In this document: piece after piece, positions 46,652-59,049 of the stretch
Numbering within the stretch: position 1 is the stretch's first letter
How the letters are laid out: the number at the start of each line of letters is the position of its first letter
Origin: Epiperipatus broadwayi
Taxonomy: Eukaryota > Animalia > Onychophora
Length of the DNA: 64,000 bases
NCBI GenBank assembly: GCA_028023455.1
Contig: JAQFVV010000006.1
Span: forward strand, 1,426,001-1,490,000
Reading direction: 5' to 3'
Program-made: the position numbers and the translations under genes
Notes under the pieces: generated by a model
Seen by the model: the letters and a program-made list of their open reading frames with translations, nothing else
What the model was told of the DNA's origin: nothing
The model's database searches: none

Positions 46652-49600
46652 CCCAGATCACCATTTCTCATATATATCTTTATCATATGCATGAAATGCA
46701 TCTTGAGGCTCATTAGTTTGTTGTTATTCATATGATTTCAAAAGCATGATATGGTCTGGCAGTTATTTAGTACATTTTTAAACTGACTTCTTCATATTCG
46801 CTCCATATTTAAACAAAAATATTCTAGAAGCATCTTGAACTTACGTAATGTGAGATTACGTTAAATATTAATATTATCATTTATTATTATCAATTTATTA
46901 GTATTACATATCTTGTTTTAGAGCATACGTATGCATTATGCATTTTAGTTTTGTATGATTGGTTATTTTTTAATCATAAATAATCAGGATCAGAAATTAG
47001 TTTAACCACATGATGAAATTAGAAGTTGATATATATATTAATAGTATATTGTAGACTATAGTGTTATTCTTAGTATTACCTTAGTTATCTCTTTAATTAT
47101 GAATAAAAAGATATAATTAAATTTTAATTGAAATGCAAATATTATGGGTTAGACCTGCTATGAAATATCACCTATGTATTAGTCTGGCGATAACTTTCTA
47201 ACCTTGCGATCTTGCAAAATAACGCCTATATGGGATCTTCTGACAAACTTCATTGATCAATTTCTTTAGCACAAAATAGTGAGCTATAACTTTATTTAGT
47301 GAAAAAAAAAAACAAAAAACAACTAAACTTGTAGTAATATAAATTTATTCCAGTAAAAAACAGTGATTGTTTGTTACAATTACTGGCGCAAACTAAAGTT
47401 TTTTATATTATGCAAAATGAAAGTGTTCCCTTCTTTAAAACGTAAAATTAGCAGGGAAACCAACATTTTGAGTAACAACGTTCTCCAATCAGAACATTAT
47501 CAAATGTTCATGTAAAAAAGTAATTTTTTTTTTACAACATTGTAAATGTGTTTAACTTCATGTTTATTTTGATATTTGTTTTTGCCTTAGACTTTAATCA
47601 GAGTAGGTCTAACCAATAAGTACCATTGTAATTCCCTGTGAGTTATATATAAACTAAATATCTATTCTCTCAGCTTTGTTGGCATTTAAGCATTATTTTA
47701 TTGGCATTGTTATAAATTAGAGAGAGAAATCATTAACATAATGATAGAATGTTACCAGAAAGAAAACAGACAGTCCTCTACTTTCATACCTAATTGGTTC
47801 CAATATGTATGAAAGTTGAAATGTATGAAAGTTGAGCAATGTAAAATACACATCAAAAAGGGTTTTCAAAATATTTATTTTTTATTGATTAGTATCTGGT
47901 TATTTCTTTATAAATTTGTCAAGAGATAATTGAACTGTACTCTTCTTTTTCTTTTCTTGATAAAGAATTCTGTAACATACTGTATCAATTTCTATTGCCC
48001 TTCGTACATGAGATATGACGCTTTCCTGGGATCACATTCTTCCATGATTGTTGATCAGTTTAAATTATGTGAATGAACAATTGAAGCAAAAGATTTGCCA
48101 CTTTCAGAATGTCTACTTACTATATTCATCTTTGTCTTGATCATATGGCGATTATGAGACCTTGATTTCTTTTTCATCATATCAATATTGCTGTTTTCTT
48201 ATTTTTCACTCATGTTTATGAATTAAGAAGGGCAAATTTTTTCATAAAAAGAGAAATTTAAAAATGTAACAAACTTTTCTTGAACTATTGTAATTTATAA
48301 ATATCTTAGTGCTTTTGAGGGCACAGTATGTCCTCATATTCATAGTATTGATATTGTACCGCTCGAAAGTGTATGTCCATCCAACAAGATTTAGAATCTA
48401 AGCAAAAGAACCCTGAATCCAATCATACCCGAAATACACAGGTCAGGAGCAATCATGAATTCTAACCTATTTGCCCATTCCCTATACCATTATGAACAAC
48501 ACCTACGGTGATACCACATAAATTCATTATATCCCATCCCGGTGCTACATGGTTTTACATAAGAACTCAACTGGTGATGTTGATGATGAAAGATTGAGTG
48601 AACTCAAGATATCAAGTTAAAAGTATACATAAATATAAATATTATTAAGGAGATCCGAACCACTGGATTAAAGTTTAAAATATAAATATTTATTTGGATA
48701 GAATTCAAGATGAGTTATATATATATATATATAATCAACTCTATGCTTGTAAAACTTTATTTTCATTACAAACATTTAAGAAACTTGTTACAATTATTTT
48801 TATTTTAACATATTAATTTAGTGCGGTGGTCACAAAAAAAAATGGATTTATTGGAGTGGTTTGGTGGATGTTTTATACATAAAAAAATATATTTATAAAG
48901 ATACAGTAGAGTTTCGCTGATTATACGATTTCAATACGTAAGTTTATTTTCATTTAGAGTCTTTATTTATAACAATTAAACCAAGGATACATATCAGTAG
49001 ACTAAAACATTATTTATTTTACATTTTTAGCGTTTAACGATAGAATATAGCGAAACTATAATTATGGGAACAGCTTACTTCAATAAAGGGGAGGGCAGCT
49101 TCATGAAAAGTTGGATTTAAACTCCAACGGAAAATATTACAAAGAGAAAAAGTTTTTATTATCATATACCATTACGATTTACTTTGCTAAACAGGCTAGA
49201 AAACTATAAGAAATGGCAGTGCTAGCATAATATCAGCGAGAGGAAATGGCACGTTTGGCCAGGACAAGGTCATTCTCCAATTTTTTTTAAAGATGGTACA
49301 CACCAGCTTCAAGCTAAAGCGGTACAGGATGAAAAAGGTAGGTAGGAAGTTTCTATGGGCCGGACCATGGCGCATCCATACAGAGCTACTCTAACCTGCA
49401 TGTTCTAGAAGTAGATGTAGACTTCTATTGTTAACGAGAACACGAAAGACGAGGCTTTGAATCCCTGGAGTGAGGTACAGGTGACACAAAGCAGTATATA
49501 AATGTATGTACTTGGAGGAGAAGAATGACTAACGAAGAGGGTCATGACTCCCTGGAGTGAGGTACAGACGAATCAGATCAAAGCCCTATGCGGCTTATGA

Positions 49601-51779
49601 ATAATTGGACATATGCTAGTAATGCTATCATAATAATATAAAATCATTGAATTTAACTATTAAAGTAAAGCCTTAAATGGTTTAACAAATACGTAATGAT
49701 ATGCTAAAATAATGACCCACATAAGCTAAAGTCATTGATCATACATTAAACTATCATTAATGAAGCGTGCATTGCTCCCCCTTCTTGAATCAATATTTTA
49801 ACATATTAAACAAACACTAAAATTCACGCACTTAAAAGTGCAAATTACAAAATAGATTTAATTCGCCAGCCTTTTGGCGATGATGCTCAATAAGAAATTT
49901 ATAAAACTAACGGACCCTAATATCCACCCCAGATTGCAAAAGTATTTATACATTTTGTATAAATTTACGATAAAACATTTATTTAAAAAAAAGGCAGGTA
50001 TTCATTTAAAGTACAAATCCAATCTTACGAGATATTTAAAATAAATAACAAGAACCCATTAATTTCCCCCTCCCCTTTTTATTCCACAGTGGGATATAGA
50101 AGTTCATAAGAATAGATTTGATACAAACAACATTAAATAAAAACATAAAAATATTATTAAAATTAAATTATAACCGCACTAAATTATAAAAATAATAAGC
50201 GTGAGTTGGATGACAGATTAGTTTTGATAGTAGAGAATTGATACAAAAGATTAACAGACTCACAGATTAGCGAGTTTTGAAAAAAAATTAAACAAAGAAA
50301 ACATTATTTTACAAATTAAATTACAAATAAGAATTGGCTAATGCGATTATATTATCTTTGGGCTGGTTACCTCAGGATTCTATGAAGTATTGACAAATCT
50401 TCTGTGGCAGGCTGCATTCTTTGATGGTATGGTCACTCTTGGGTGGAAGGAGCTACATCTTGGCACGAGTCGGGCTGAAGACGGAGGGGAAGGCGGCTTA
50501 GGCCCCTCAAAATTCAACAGACGTGAAGTCGTCTAGAAAGATTGACCAAACTCTGACACAATAGATTTTTAGCTCTATTTATGTCAGTTTTTAGCTCCTC
50601 AGAGAATGTTTTATTTAATTAGATTTCCTGATTCTAATGGATCCTTAATTTACAAGAGTCTTCTCTATTGTTAGTAAAGATGCAGTCATGAGATAACTGT
50701 CCCCAATCAATTCAAACCAATTTCCTGTTTGGAAATGGATTTGATAAAAAATGTTAATAGCTAACTAAAATCCATTAGCTTTGTTTTAGATTTTACTTTT
50801 CTTAACTTTAATTTACAAATTCTTTTTAAAATCATGAAACAAACTTCCCACCCCTTTAATTATTTTTAGACAGTCAAGGACTGCACCTTCCATCTTGAAT
50901 TTTTATGATAAAAAAATAATTACAATATTAAAATAAAAGTAAAAAAAAATACAATTTTAAAAGACACAAAATTATTTAGTATTTTAAATTATATATATAA
51001 GCTCCTGTAATATACGTATATATCTGAGTTGCATCTATAAAAGTTAATATTTAAAATAATTAAAGATTTTTAGTTCAGATTTGTATTTGTGAATCTCATA
51101 GACGCTTCTCAGAAATACACGTATAGTTTATATACATTTTACAAAAAAAAAAAAGCATAATAACACGTGGGCTGTGGTAGAACCATGAAACTCTATCTTG
51201 AACTAAGGTCGACTGTTTCAATATCAATGCTGTGACATACTTTGCCCTCAAAAGCACTAAGCTTCAATAAGCATACATTCATTATCAGTGCTGTGAATAC
51301 GAGGACATACTTCACCCTTGAAACCACTAAACTTCAATAAGTACACATTTGTTAATAGCTTTTTTTAAGATAGCGTTTAAGCGCAGATACTTATAAGTCA
51401 AAACAGAAATGTACATAAAGTGATAGCCCATGTCCTAACATAAACTGACAAGACACAACTCATAAACATGTGCTAATTCAAGATATCCCTACTCAGGATT
51501 TAACCTGTGATGCCAAAAATGGACGTGATTAATGATGGAGAGGTGGGGAGGGACTAGTGACTAATAGTCCATGACAAGGGGAAAATCATTATATGATAGT
51601 ATGCATATTTTGCCACATTTGTTGATAAAAATTGAAAGTACGAAATGTGTACAAAATGGCCAATTGGATAAAAGTAGAATGTACGAAAATAGAGGGTCAC
51701 CTGTATTTGTCAGGTGCAAAGAAATGGAAACTTTCAAAATTAAAAAAAGTTTTAAAAAATGTGTAAGGAAAGTCTAAAA

Positions 51780-53900
51780 CAGTGGATGGAAGAAAAGTTA
51801 GAAACAAAAATTAATGTAATTCCAGAATAATCAAGTTATAGTAGCTGATATTATTCTTGAAATGAAAAGTGAAAACAAAGAAATTGAAATTGACACAGAA
51901 AATATGGTCGAAGGTAATAAATAATGAATTATATTTTTGAACATAGGACAATTTCCCCAAAAAATGTACAGATAGTTTAGAATTATTGTTGGAGGCCCAG
52001 CACAATGGCCTAAACCTATATCAGATATTAGAATAAAGTGTTTTAAATGTGGACCAAAATAGATAAAAGAATATAATTTTCCAAAAAAAAAAGATCAACT
52101 TTTTTTCTAATGTTTATTATTATAAATAATAATTATGAAAAGCAACTCCGTAATAGGCTTTTATAGTTGATATCAGAAGTTAGTACTTATTGTTTTTGTT
52201 GCACGTTATTTGAATCTTTAAACGGAACATTAAAATTTGTCAACGGCTATAAAAGCTGGCAAAAATTGAGCAATGCTTACACATCACGTATTATATTCGG
52301 TGATAAGAATTAATTCAACGTCTCAATTTAAACCAAACTATTAACAATTTGGTGCAATCATTTATTAAAACTGAACAGTATTTGAAAGAAGTTTTCCACT
52401 GTATTGTAGACATTATATTATTTTTAAGTAAACGGAATTGGGCATTCGGGGATGATAATGAGACAATTGGAAGTTCATATATTGAAAATTTTCTTTGTTT
52501 GATTGAATTATTAAGCAAATATATTGTATTATTAAAACATATTAAAATAATTCATGTTAATAAACAAGCGAGTGGTCAATTATTTGCTATATCGTCTGTC
52601 GAAATAATGAAAAACAGTATAAAAAGTGTGAAGGATGCTAAATGCTATAATGCTGAATTGGAATGTGTACCAGATATAGCTCGTCGAACAAATGTTAATA
52701 TTGATTACAAAAGAAACTTAGAAATAAAAGAAACTTTTATTAGTTTTTTTGAAGCACAGGGTATAACCTGTTAAGGTATTATCAAGTTTATTATTAAATA
52801 TTTTAAAATCATCTCACATAGATATTATGGACTGAAAGGACAATCCTATAGCTTTAGTGCTAACATATAAGGACAATATGAGAGTAAAAGCAAGAATAAT
52901 AAATCTATATCAAAATATGCCATCTGTACCTTGTGTAGTTCATTATTTTAATTTACCGGTTTGTGATAAAAACAATATTAAAATCTTTAAATCCTACTAA
53001 ATTGGAAGTTCAAGATAGATTCAGTCAAAGCTTTATCCTTTCAAATGAAAAATTGTATCCGCCTTGAATGAACGTATTAACACATTAGTTGATTGTTCAG
53101 TTGTTTCATAAGCAAATAGAATGTTAGAGAACATTACAAAATTTCCATTTTCTATTTCACGTTTAATTTGGTATAAATTTTAAGTGCAATAATCAAAACA
53201 AACCTTGTTCTTCGGAATGAAGATGTTACATTAGAGTCCGCTTTTTCACTTATTAAATGAATACTAAATCTATTCCAAATCATAAGAAATGATGAATTTG
53301 AAAAATTATTAGAAGTGGTTAAAAAATTGTTCAAGGATTAGGTGGAAATGTGGAATTTCCTCTTTATTATAACTGTAAAAGAAAATGTTTTCGATGAAAT
53401 ATGCATTGATGAAATTTTTGATGACTTTGAGGAATTATAAGATTTTGTGGTTTTCTTCCTTGATAGATACTTTGGATTGCCAAATAGATGATAGATTTAT
53501 GTCAGTTCCAATAATTTTAGAAAATTATAAAATATTTCATTATTTGGCTGAAGAAAAATGCTCTCTTGAACTTCTAAAAGATTACATTTTGTGAAAAATC
53601 TTTAGTCATTTTTGATTAAGACAACGAATTTATGAATGAAGTCTCTTTTTTAAAAAAAAATAATAGAAGAAAAATCTTATTAAACTGTTCAACCTGCTTA
53701 ACTTTAGAATAGAAAATAGTTATAATGAAAATTTTCCCAATGTTTGCATTATACTAAGAATTGATTTAATATTTTAGGTCATGTAGAACACTCATTTAAT
53801 AAATTAAAATGAATCAAAATATACCTCAGTCACAAGAGAGATTTGGGATATTGAAAGTCCACGTTTGGAACTAATAAAAGTTTTACGAAATAAAAAAACA
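51780..53900 (+). pseudogene. Decayed hAT transposase (TTF-type zinc finger / DUF4371, ZMYM1-like)
   Basis: Fragments ...CGPK..KEYNFP...RNRLL...YCFCCTLF, and LSKRNWAFGDDNETIGSSYIENFLCLIELLSKY...VKDAKCY (ORF 52349-52774). Many stops and frameshifts. Confidence 0.7.
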
Positions 53901-55680
53901 ATAAAAACATTTCAGTTGCCGTATGTAGCAATAAAAACTATAAAAACGCAATTTTCAGTTGTAAAGTCATTAATTTATTATATATTGTAATATTGATTTG
54001 TCCCTTTGTTTATATTTGTAATTCAAATTTGCATATGTTTGTTTGTTTGCATAACTAAGCATTTTTTTTCTTTATAATCTAAAACTGAATGCACTTTCGG
54101 TGAAGTTCACCATAATCATCATTATATATTATAGTAAATATTAGTTCTACTTAATATGTCAGAGTAAGTTTGTAAGTTATTTTAATTTATTACAGTTTTA
54201 CATTATTTATGCTATATAATGTAATTCAAATTTTATTAATTCAACGTAAAATTTTTGCCAATAAAATTTTCATGGGGATCTCATAAAAGTACTTACACCT
54301 AGGCCTCCACGTATAGATGACTGAGCCCGTTTTTAGTGATTGAGGCTTGTTTGTTCTGTGAATGGCTTTATGTTCCTAGCATTACATATTTGATAAGTTG
54401 CAAAACTATTTGTACGTTCTTTAAAATTATTAGAATTTCATCTAAATTAATATTTGAAACCGTAAGCTGGTTTCATTAACACGATAAAAATTGTTGCTAA
54501 AAATAGTTTCACCCTTTTTGAATATCAATGCTTGATTTATTAGAAATATAAGAAACTGAAGATCAGTTAAAAATGATACATTTTTTATTTGACAAATTAG
54601 ATTGGCATTGATATAACAAAAGGGGGCGTTGTTTTCAAGCTCACATAAAAAAATGAGTCTTTAGGAATCTTGCTTGTGAATTTATCTTAATAATATATTC
54701 GGACTTGCTATTCTGTGATTGAATTTGTATAAAAAAGTATTAAATGAACATTCACCACCATATTAACTTTGCGTAGTGGATCAATTTTTTTTTTTTTGAT
54801 GATACATCTTTTTAGTACTTGACCCTCCCCCCCATTGCCAGAGTTTGTTTCATTCATTCATACCGTTATTATTTTATAATAACAAACCTCATCTACTGCA
54901 CGATAATCTGGAAAAGACGCAGTTTCATTATGTGGGTTTTTTATTTCCTCTATTGTGAGCACACCCATACATGTATATTATATAAAAGGAGGAGCCTGCA
55001 AACATATTCTTAAATATACTGTGGATACGTGGCATGTATAACTGTGAATCTCGCCAATTTCAAATTATTCCATTTTTACGACTTCACCTTGTGCTTTTTG
55101 AACTGCATCAATTCTTTTTTTTTATATTTTTAATAATACTTAATTTATGAACTTTTTGCACATTGATAGAGTAATGGAATCTGGAACTCATCCACAGATC
55201 ATAATGTAATTTCGCCATTTTCAGAACTGGGCTTCTTATTAACTAACCTGAGCCATTCTCTGGAACTCGGTTCATGGATTGCGACTTATTTTTGTCTTTT
55301 CTGATACTCAAACTTTTTTATGAAGTTATGATCAATAAACTATTTAATTATTTATGCTTTACATATTTAGTACAATAGTCAAGAGGCATTTACTGGAGCT
55401 CAAAGACAACCGATCATGGACCAATTCTGGTGTTCAAACATGAATTTCTGGATATAAATCATTTCAATATTATTATTTATATATATATAGTGAATATAAA
55501 CACCCCAATCTAAGTTAGAGTAATAGCCAAAAATAGAATATCTAATCTGACTTTATATAAAGATGTTTATAAATGAGTAATCAAATGCTGTTGAAAGGCA
55601 TATTGCATAAATATGTATAATGTCCATAAGGTAACCAACCTGTATTATTTTTACTGTTTAAAGCAGGAGTTAAACCCCTA

Positions 55681-55995
55681 AACATCACATGGTCACCATT
55701 CTTTATCCTAATGAGCTTGAATTGAAAAGTTGTGTTTTCATTTTGGACTCAAAGCCATATAGTCAGCTAATAAGGTAAAAGATGGCTGTAAGGAGGTTGC
55801 ATTAGATGCTATGTTCTAGGTGCAGTACTCTCATATCCAAGGTTCCTCACTGATGAAAGCCACTAGCTAGAAACTAGTCTGGGGATATTGGATGAGTAGG
55901 CATTAGATAGGAATTTTATGCACAAACCTTCTTGCATCCATTGATTACTCTGGCTTGAACTGAGTGGCACTACTGTATGGAGAGTTTAGCCTCTG
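55681..55995 (+). mobile_element. Family B element with a 27-bp inverted 3' tail and ~20-bp imperfect TSD
   Basis: AACATCACATGGTCACCATTCTTTAT (minus tail) is joined to the plus body ending GCCTCTG. Flanks are TAAAGCAGGAGTT(aaacc)CCTAAAC and TAAAGCAGGAGTTCCTAAAC. The left boundary overlaps the TSD by ~3 nt. Confidence 0.85.
55844..55885 (+). ncRNA. Minimal type I HHR (family B)
   Basis: TCCTCA-CTGATGA-A AGC cacta GCT A-GAAA-CTAG-TC-TGGGGA. The only change from the consensus is in loop II. Confidence 0.85.
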
Positions 55996-56337
55996 TAAAG
56001 CAGGAGTTCCTAAACGTTATGATCATTGCATCCCCTTAACTTTTAGTAAATTATCTGGTATCTCCTTATAATTATAATAAGAGATAAACAGTAAATAAGT
56101 TTCCACAAAACTAAATCTTAACTGTAACTGTGTTCAAATAGAGACCTGAAGTTTTGCTTGTGTGGCTGATGGGCAGTATCAAAATGGAATAATCTGGAAA
56201 TGTTGATAACATAATTGGTTTTGGAAGTAATTAATAGTATAAATATTATTATATCTGCTAGTCACCATCCCTGGGGAGTACAGGCACTCCAGGTTGGGAA
56301 GCCTTGGTTTAAAGTATCAGTTGGTATACAATCTAAA

Positions 56338-57066
56338 ATTTGAAATACAGACATTCTTGTACCTGAAACTTAATTGTAAATATAGGGGATTTGAACTGAG
56401 GCTTTCAAGCAACCTTCAACTATCCAAACTATCTCGTACTACTGATGCACATGACCACATACATGCAGAGAAGATAAATAATCACCAATTTTGTGCTGAA
56501 CCAGCCTCCATCAATTTGTCCAGATTACCATCTCCCACACATATATATATAATCAGTCCTCAGTTTATATTAAGATAGCAAATCTTTATACATTAGTGGA
56601 CAGGCTTCAATCTACTCCAACCTCCAACTCTTCAGCCATCCATACCATTGAAAATCCGATGATAGAATGGCCAAATCCCATGTTGATGCAAATATTATTG
56701 TTATGCCCATGTTGACCTCAAGTCACTCTGACTCCTGATGTATAGAACAGTATCCATTTAAATACATAGAAGAGGGATGGGCATTCTATCATCGGATTTT
56801 CAATGGTATGGATGGTTGAAGAGTTGGAGGTTGGAGTAGATTGAAGCTGTCCATTAAAGTATAAAGATTTGCTATCTTAATGTAAACTGAGGACTGATTA
56901 TATATATGTGTGGTAGATGGTAATCTGGACCAACTGATGATGGCTGGTTCAACACGAAATTGGTGATTATTTATATAACCTGCATGTATGTGGTCATGTG
57001 TATCAGTAGTATGAGATAGTTTGGATAGTTGAAGGTTGCTTGAAAGGTTGAGTTCAAATCCCCTAT
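56338..57066. mobile_element. Family A tail-out palindrome with perfect 14-bp TSD
   Basis: TSD GTATACAATCTAAA at 56324-56337 and 57067-57080. Minus arm to ~56740, plus arm from ~56775. Both HHRs (~56486-56520 and ~56929-56964) lack stem III. Confidence 0.9.
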
Positions 57067-57804
57067 GTATACAATCTAAAGTTTTTTTATGTTTTTGTCT
57101 GCAATAATAATGTTAAAAAAATAATGGTTTTATAAATATTAAAACAATATATTTATATTTACAGGAAGACGATTTTTTATTATTATTAAAGTTATCTCAG
57201 TTTTGTCGTTAATGATTCATTTAGAAAATTTTGTATACATTTTCTTACTCATATGAAATATCCTTCCGTCATTTATAGTTCATTAATTAGTCTATAGAGG
57301 GCAGGATCTGTTAGACTTCTCAAAGGTTTTGAATTGTGTATAAAAGAAGCGAATGTTTTTCCATCACCATTGATGCTATCCATCTTTTTGTCGAGATAAA
57401 TAAAAAATAATATTTTTTTAATTCGAGTATTTAATTGCGCTTCTGTATTGCTTTTGCTATGGCCGATACCAATTTGTTTAATTTGCATAATATTAAACAG
57501 TTTTATAAGTCTTTTCCCGAATACATCTTTTTTTTTTTTGAAATGTGAATTGTCTCTGTATTCGTTTATCTTATAATATTTGTATACACGATTACGTTAG
57601 ACATTCAGATGGGTTTATTGGATTTCATAAGAAGTTCAAGACCTGTAAGTGACAACTAGTCCATGATTTATAGATCTTCCCGGTGCCTGCTACTGAATCA
57701 CCACCAAAACTTACAGGACACTTACTTTCACAAACAATATATGTTACTTCCATTCTAGGAAATCAATTTAAAACCCGTTTTTTCAATATATGTAAGTGGA
57801 TGAA

Positions 57805-57875
57805 AGTAGTTCATAGTGAATGATAATGTTGTCTGCCGTGCATTTGACCTGGATCCGAATTTAAACTGAGAAAAG
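57805..57875 (+). mobile_element. Possible degenerate tRNA-derived SINE head
   Basis: GTAGTTCATAGTG...GACCTGGATCCGAATT loosely resembles A- and B-boxes. Confidence 0.25.
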
Positions 57876-58122
57876 TTGAAAATTTTTTTTAAACAGCTTA
57901 AGATTTTTCTTTTTTTACCCTAATAGTTGGCCCACTCTTTACCTAGCTAATGTCCAATATCTATTTTTAGTTTGTTGTTAGCTAATTATCCATTATTGAG
58001 AAATAAAGAATCGTATAGCAATTTTTGATGAATACTATTTTATTCTTCACTTGTTTTTGTATGAGGGACTAGTGGAGAGATTTTTGACCCTCAGTTGGGT
58101 TAGTTAAAGCCTGCTGTTGTAA

Positions 58123-58270
58123 ATATAAGGGATTTGAACTCGGACTTTCAAGCACCCTTCAACTATCCATACTATCTCATACCACTCATACACATGACCA
58201 CATACATGTAGAAAAGATAAATAATCACCAATAAACGTATTTCATGCTAAACCAGCACTCATCAGTTAGT
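58123..58270 (-). mobile_element. Family A 3' fragment with HHR (58227-58270)
   Basis: Minus strand reads ACTAA-CTGATGA-GTGCT ggttt AGCAT-GAAA-TACGTT-TA-TTGGT, then the family A tail ending GAGTTCAAATCCCTTATAT. Confidence 0.78.
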
Positions 58271-59049
58271 TCTGTTGTTGCCTACATAAATGAATTATCT
58301 TATTTACGTAGTTAAATTGTGGTATGAAATTCTGAATTCTTTAAATGATAAACATATTTTTTCTAATAATACTTTTTAAAGTTTTAGAAGGAACTTTATT
58401 CCAAGGAAAAATATATCCACAGACATTTCAGTTTAAAGGGGAAATATATAAATATTTATATACACAGATATTTCAGTTAAAAGACAGAAAATAATAATAC
58501 GAAACTAATCAAAGAATACCACACTAAGTATTTTCAGTAGCATTCAGTGAATTATACTATTATTAAAAACATTTACAATAAAATAGGAAAAAGAAAATAC
58601 ATCTCACTAGAGGTTAGAGCACTGATGGACATGTGACCAAGTAACTGTGAAAAAGTCTGATGGGATGTTTTTTTTTAATCTCCATGTTTTATTGTCTGTA
58701 ATTTGTTTTTAATTGTGTAAAATTTCTTGCATTACTGTTGTAAAGATAAGTGCACGTAGTATAAATGTTGTACTTGTTTCTGTGAAGTAGGCATTTGGAA
58801 AAGACTATAATTGAACTTACAATGGCATTCTTTTCCTAATAAATTTTTGTAATATAAGATCGAGTGTATTGTAGGCTATTACACTCAAAAGAATATATGT
58901 TTTTGGCTCTCTTCCGATATGTGGCACAACTCACAGTGTCAATTTTAAGTATGTTTCTCTATATCTCATGAAATATAATGTTGCTCGATTGACTAATACT
59001 TAAATGTACATATTAGCTGCTTATTATTAATGCCTAGCATTGACAAGTC

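Noticed and set aside
50549-50608. Minus-strand HHR look-alike (ATTCT-CTGAGGA-GCT...AGC-TAAA...GTC-AGAGT)
   Set aside because: G12 is replaced by U, stem III does not pair, and stem II is explained by a short direct repeat. It is single-copy and probably chance.
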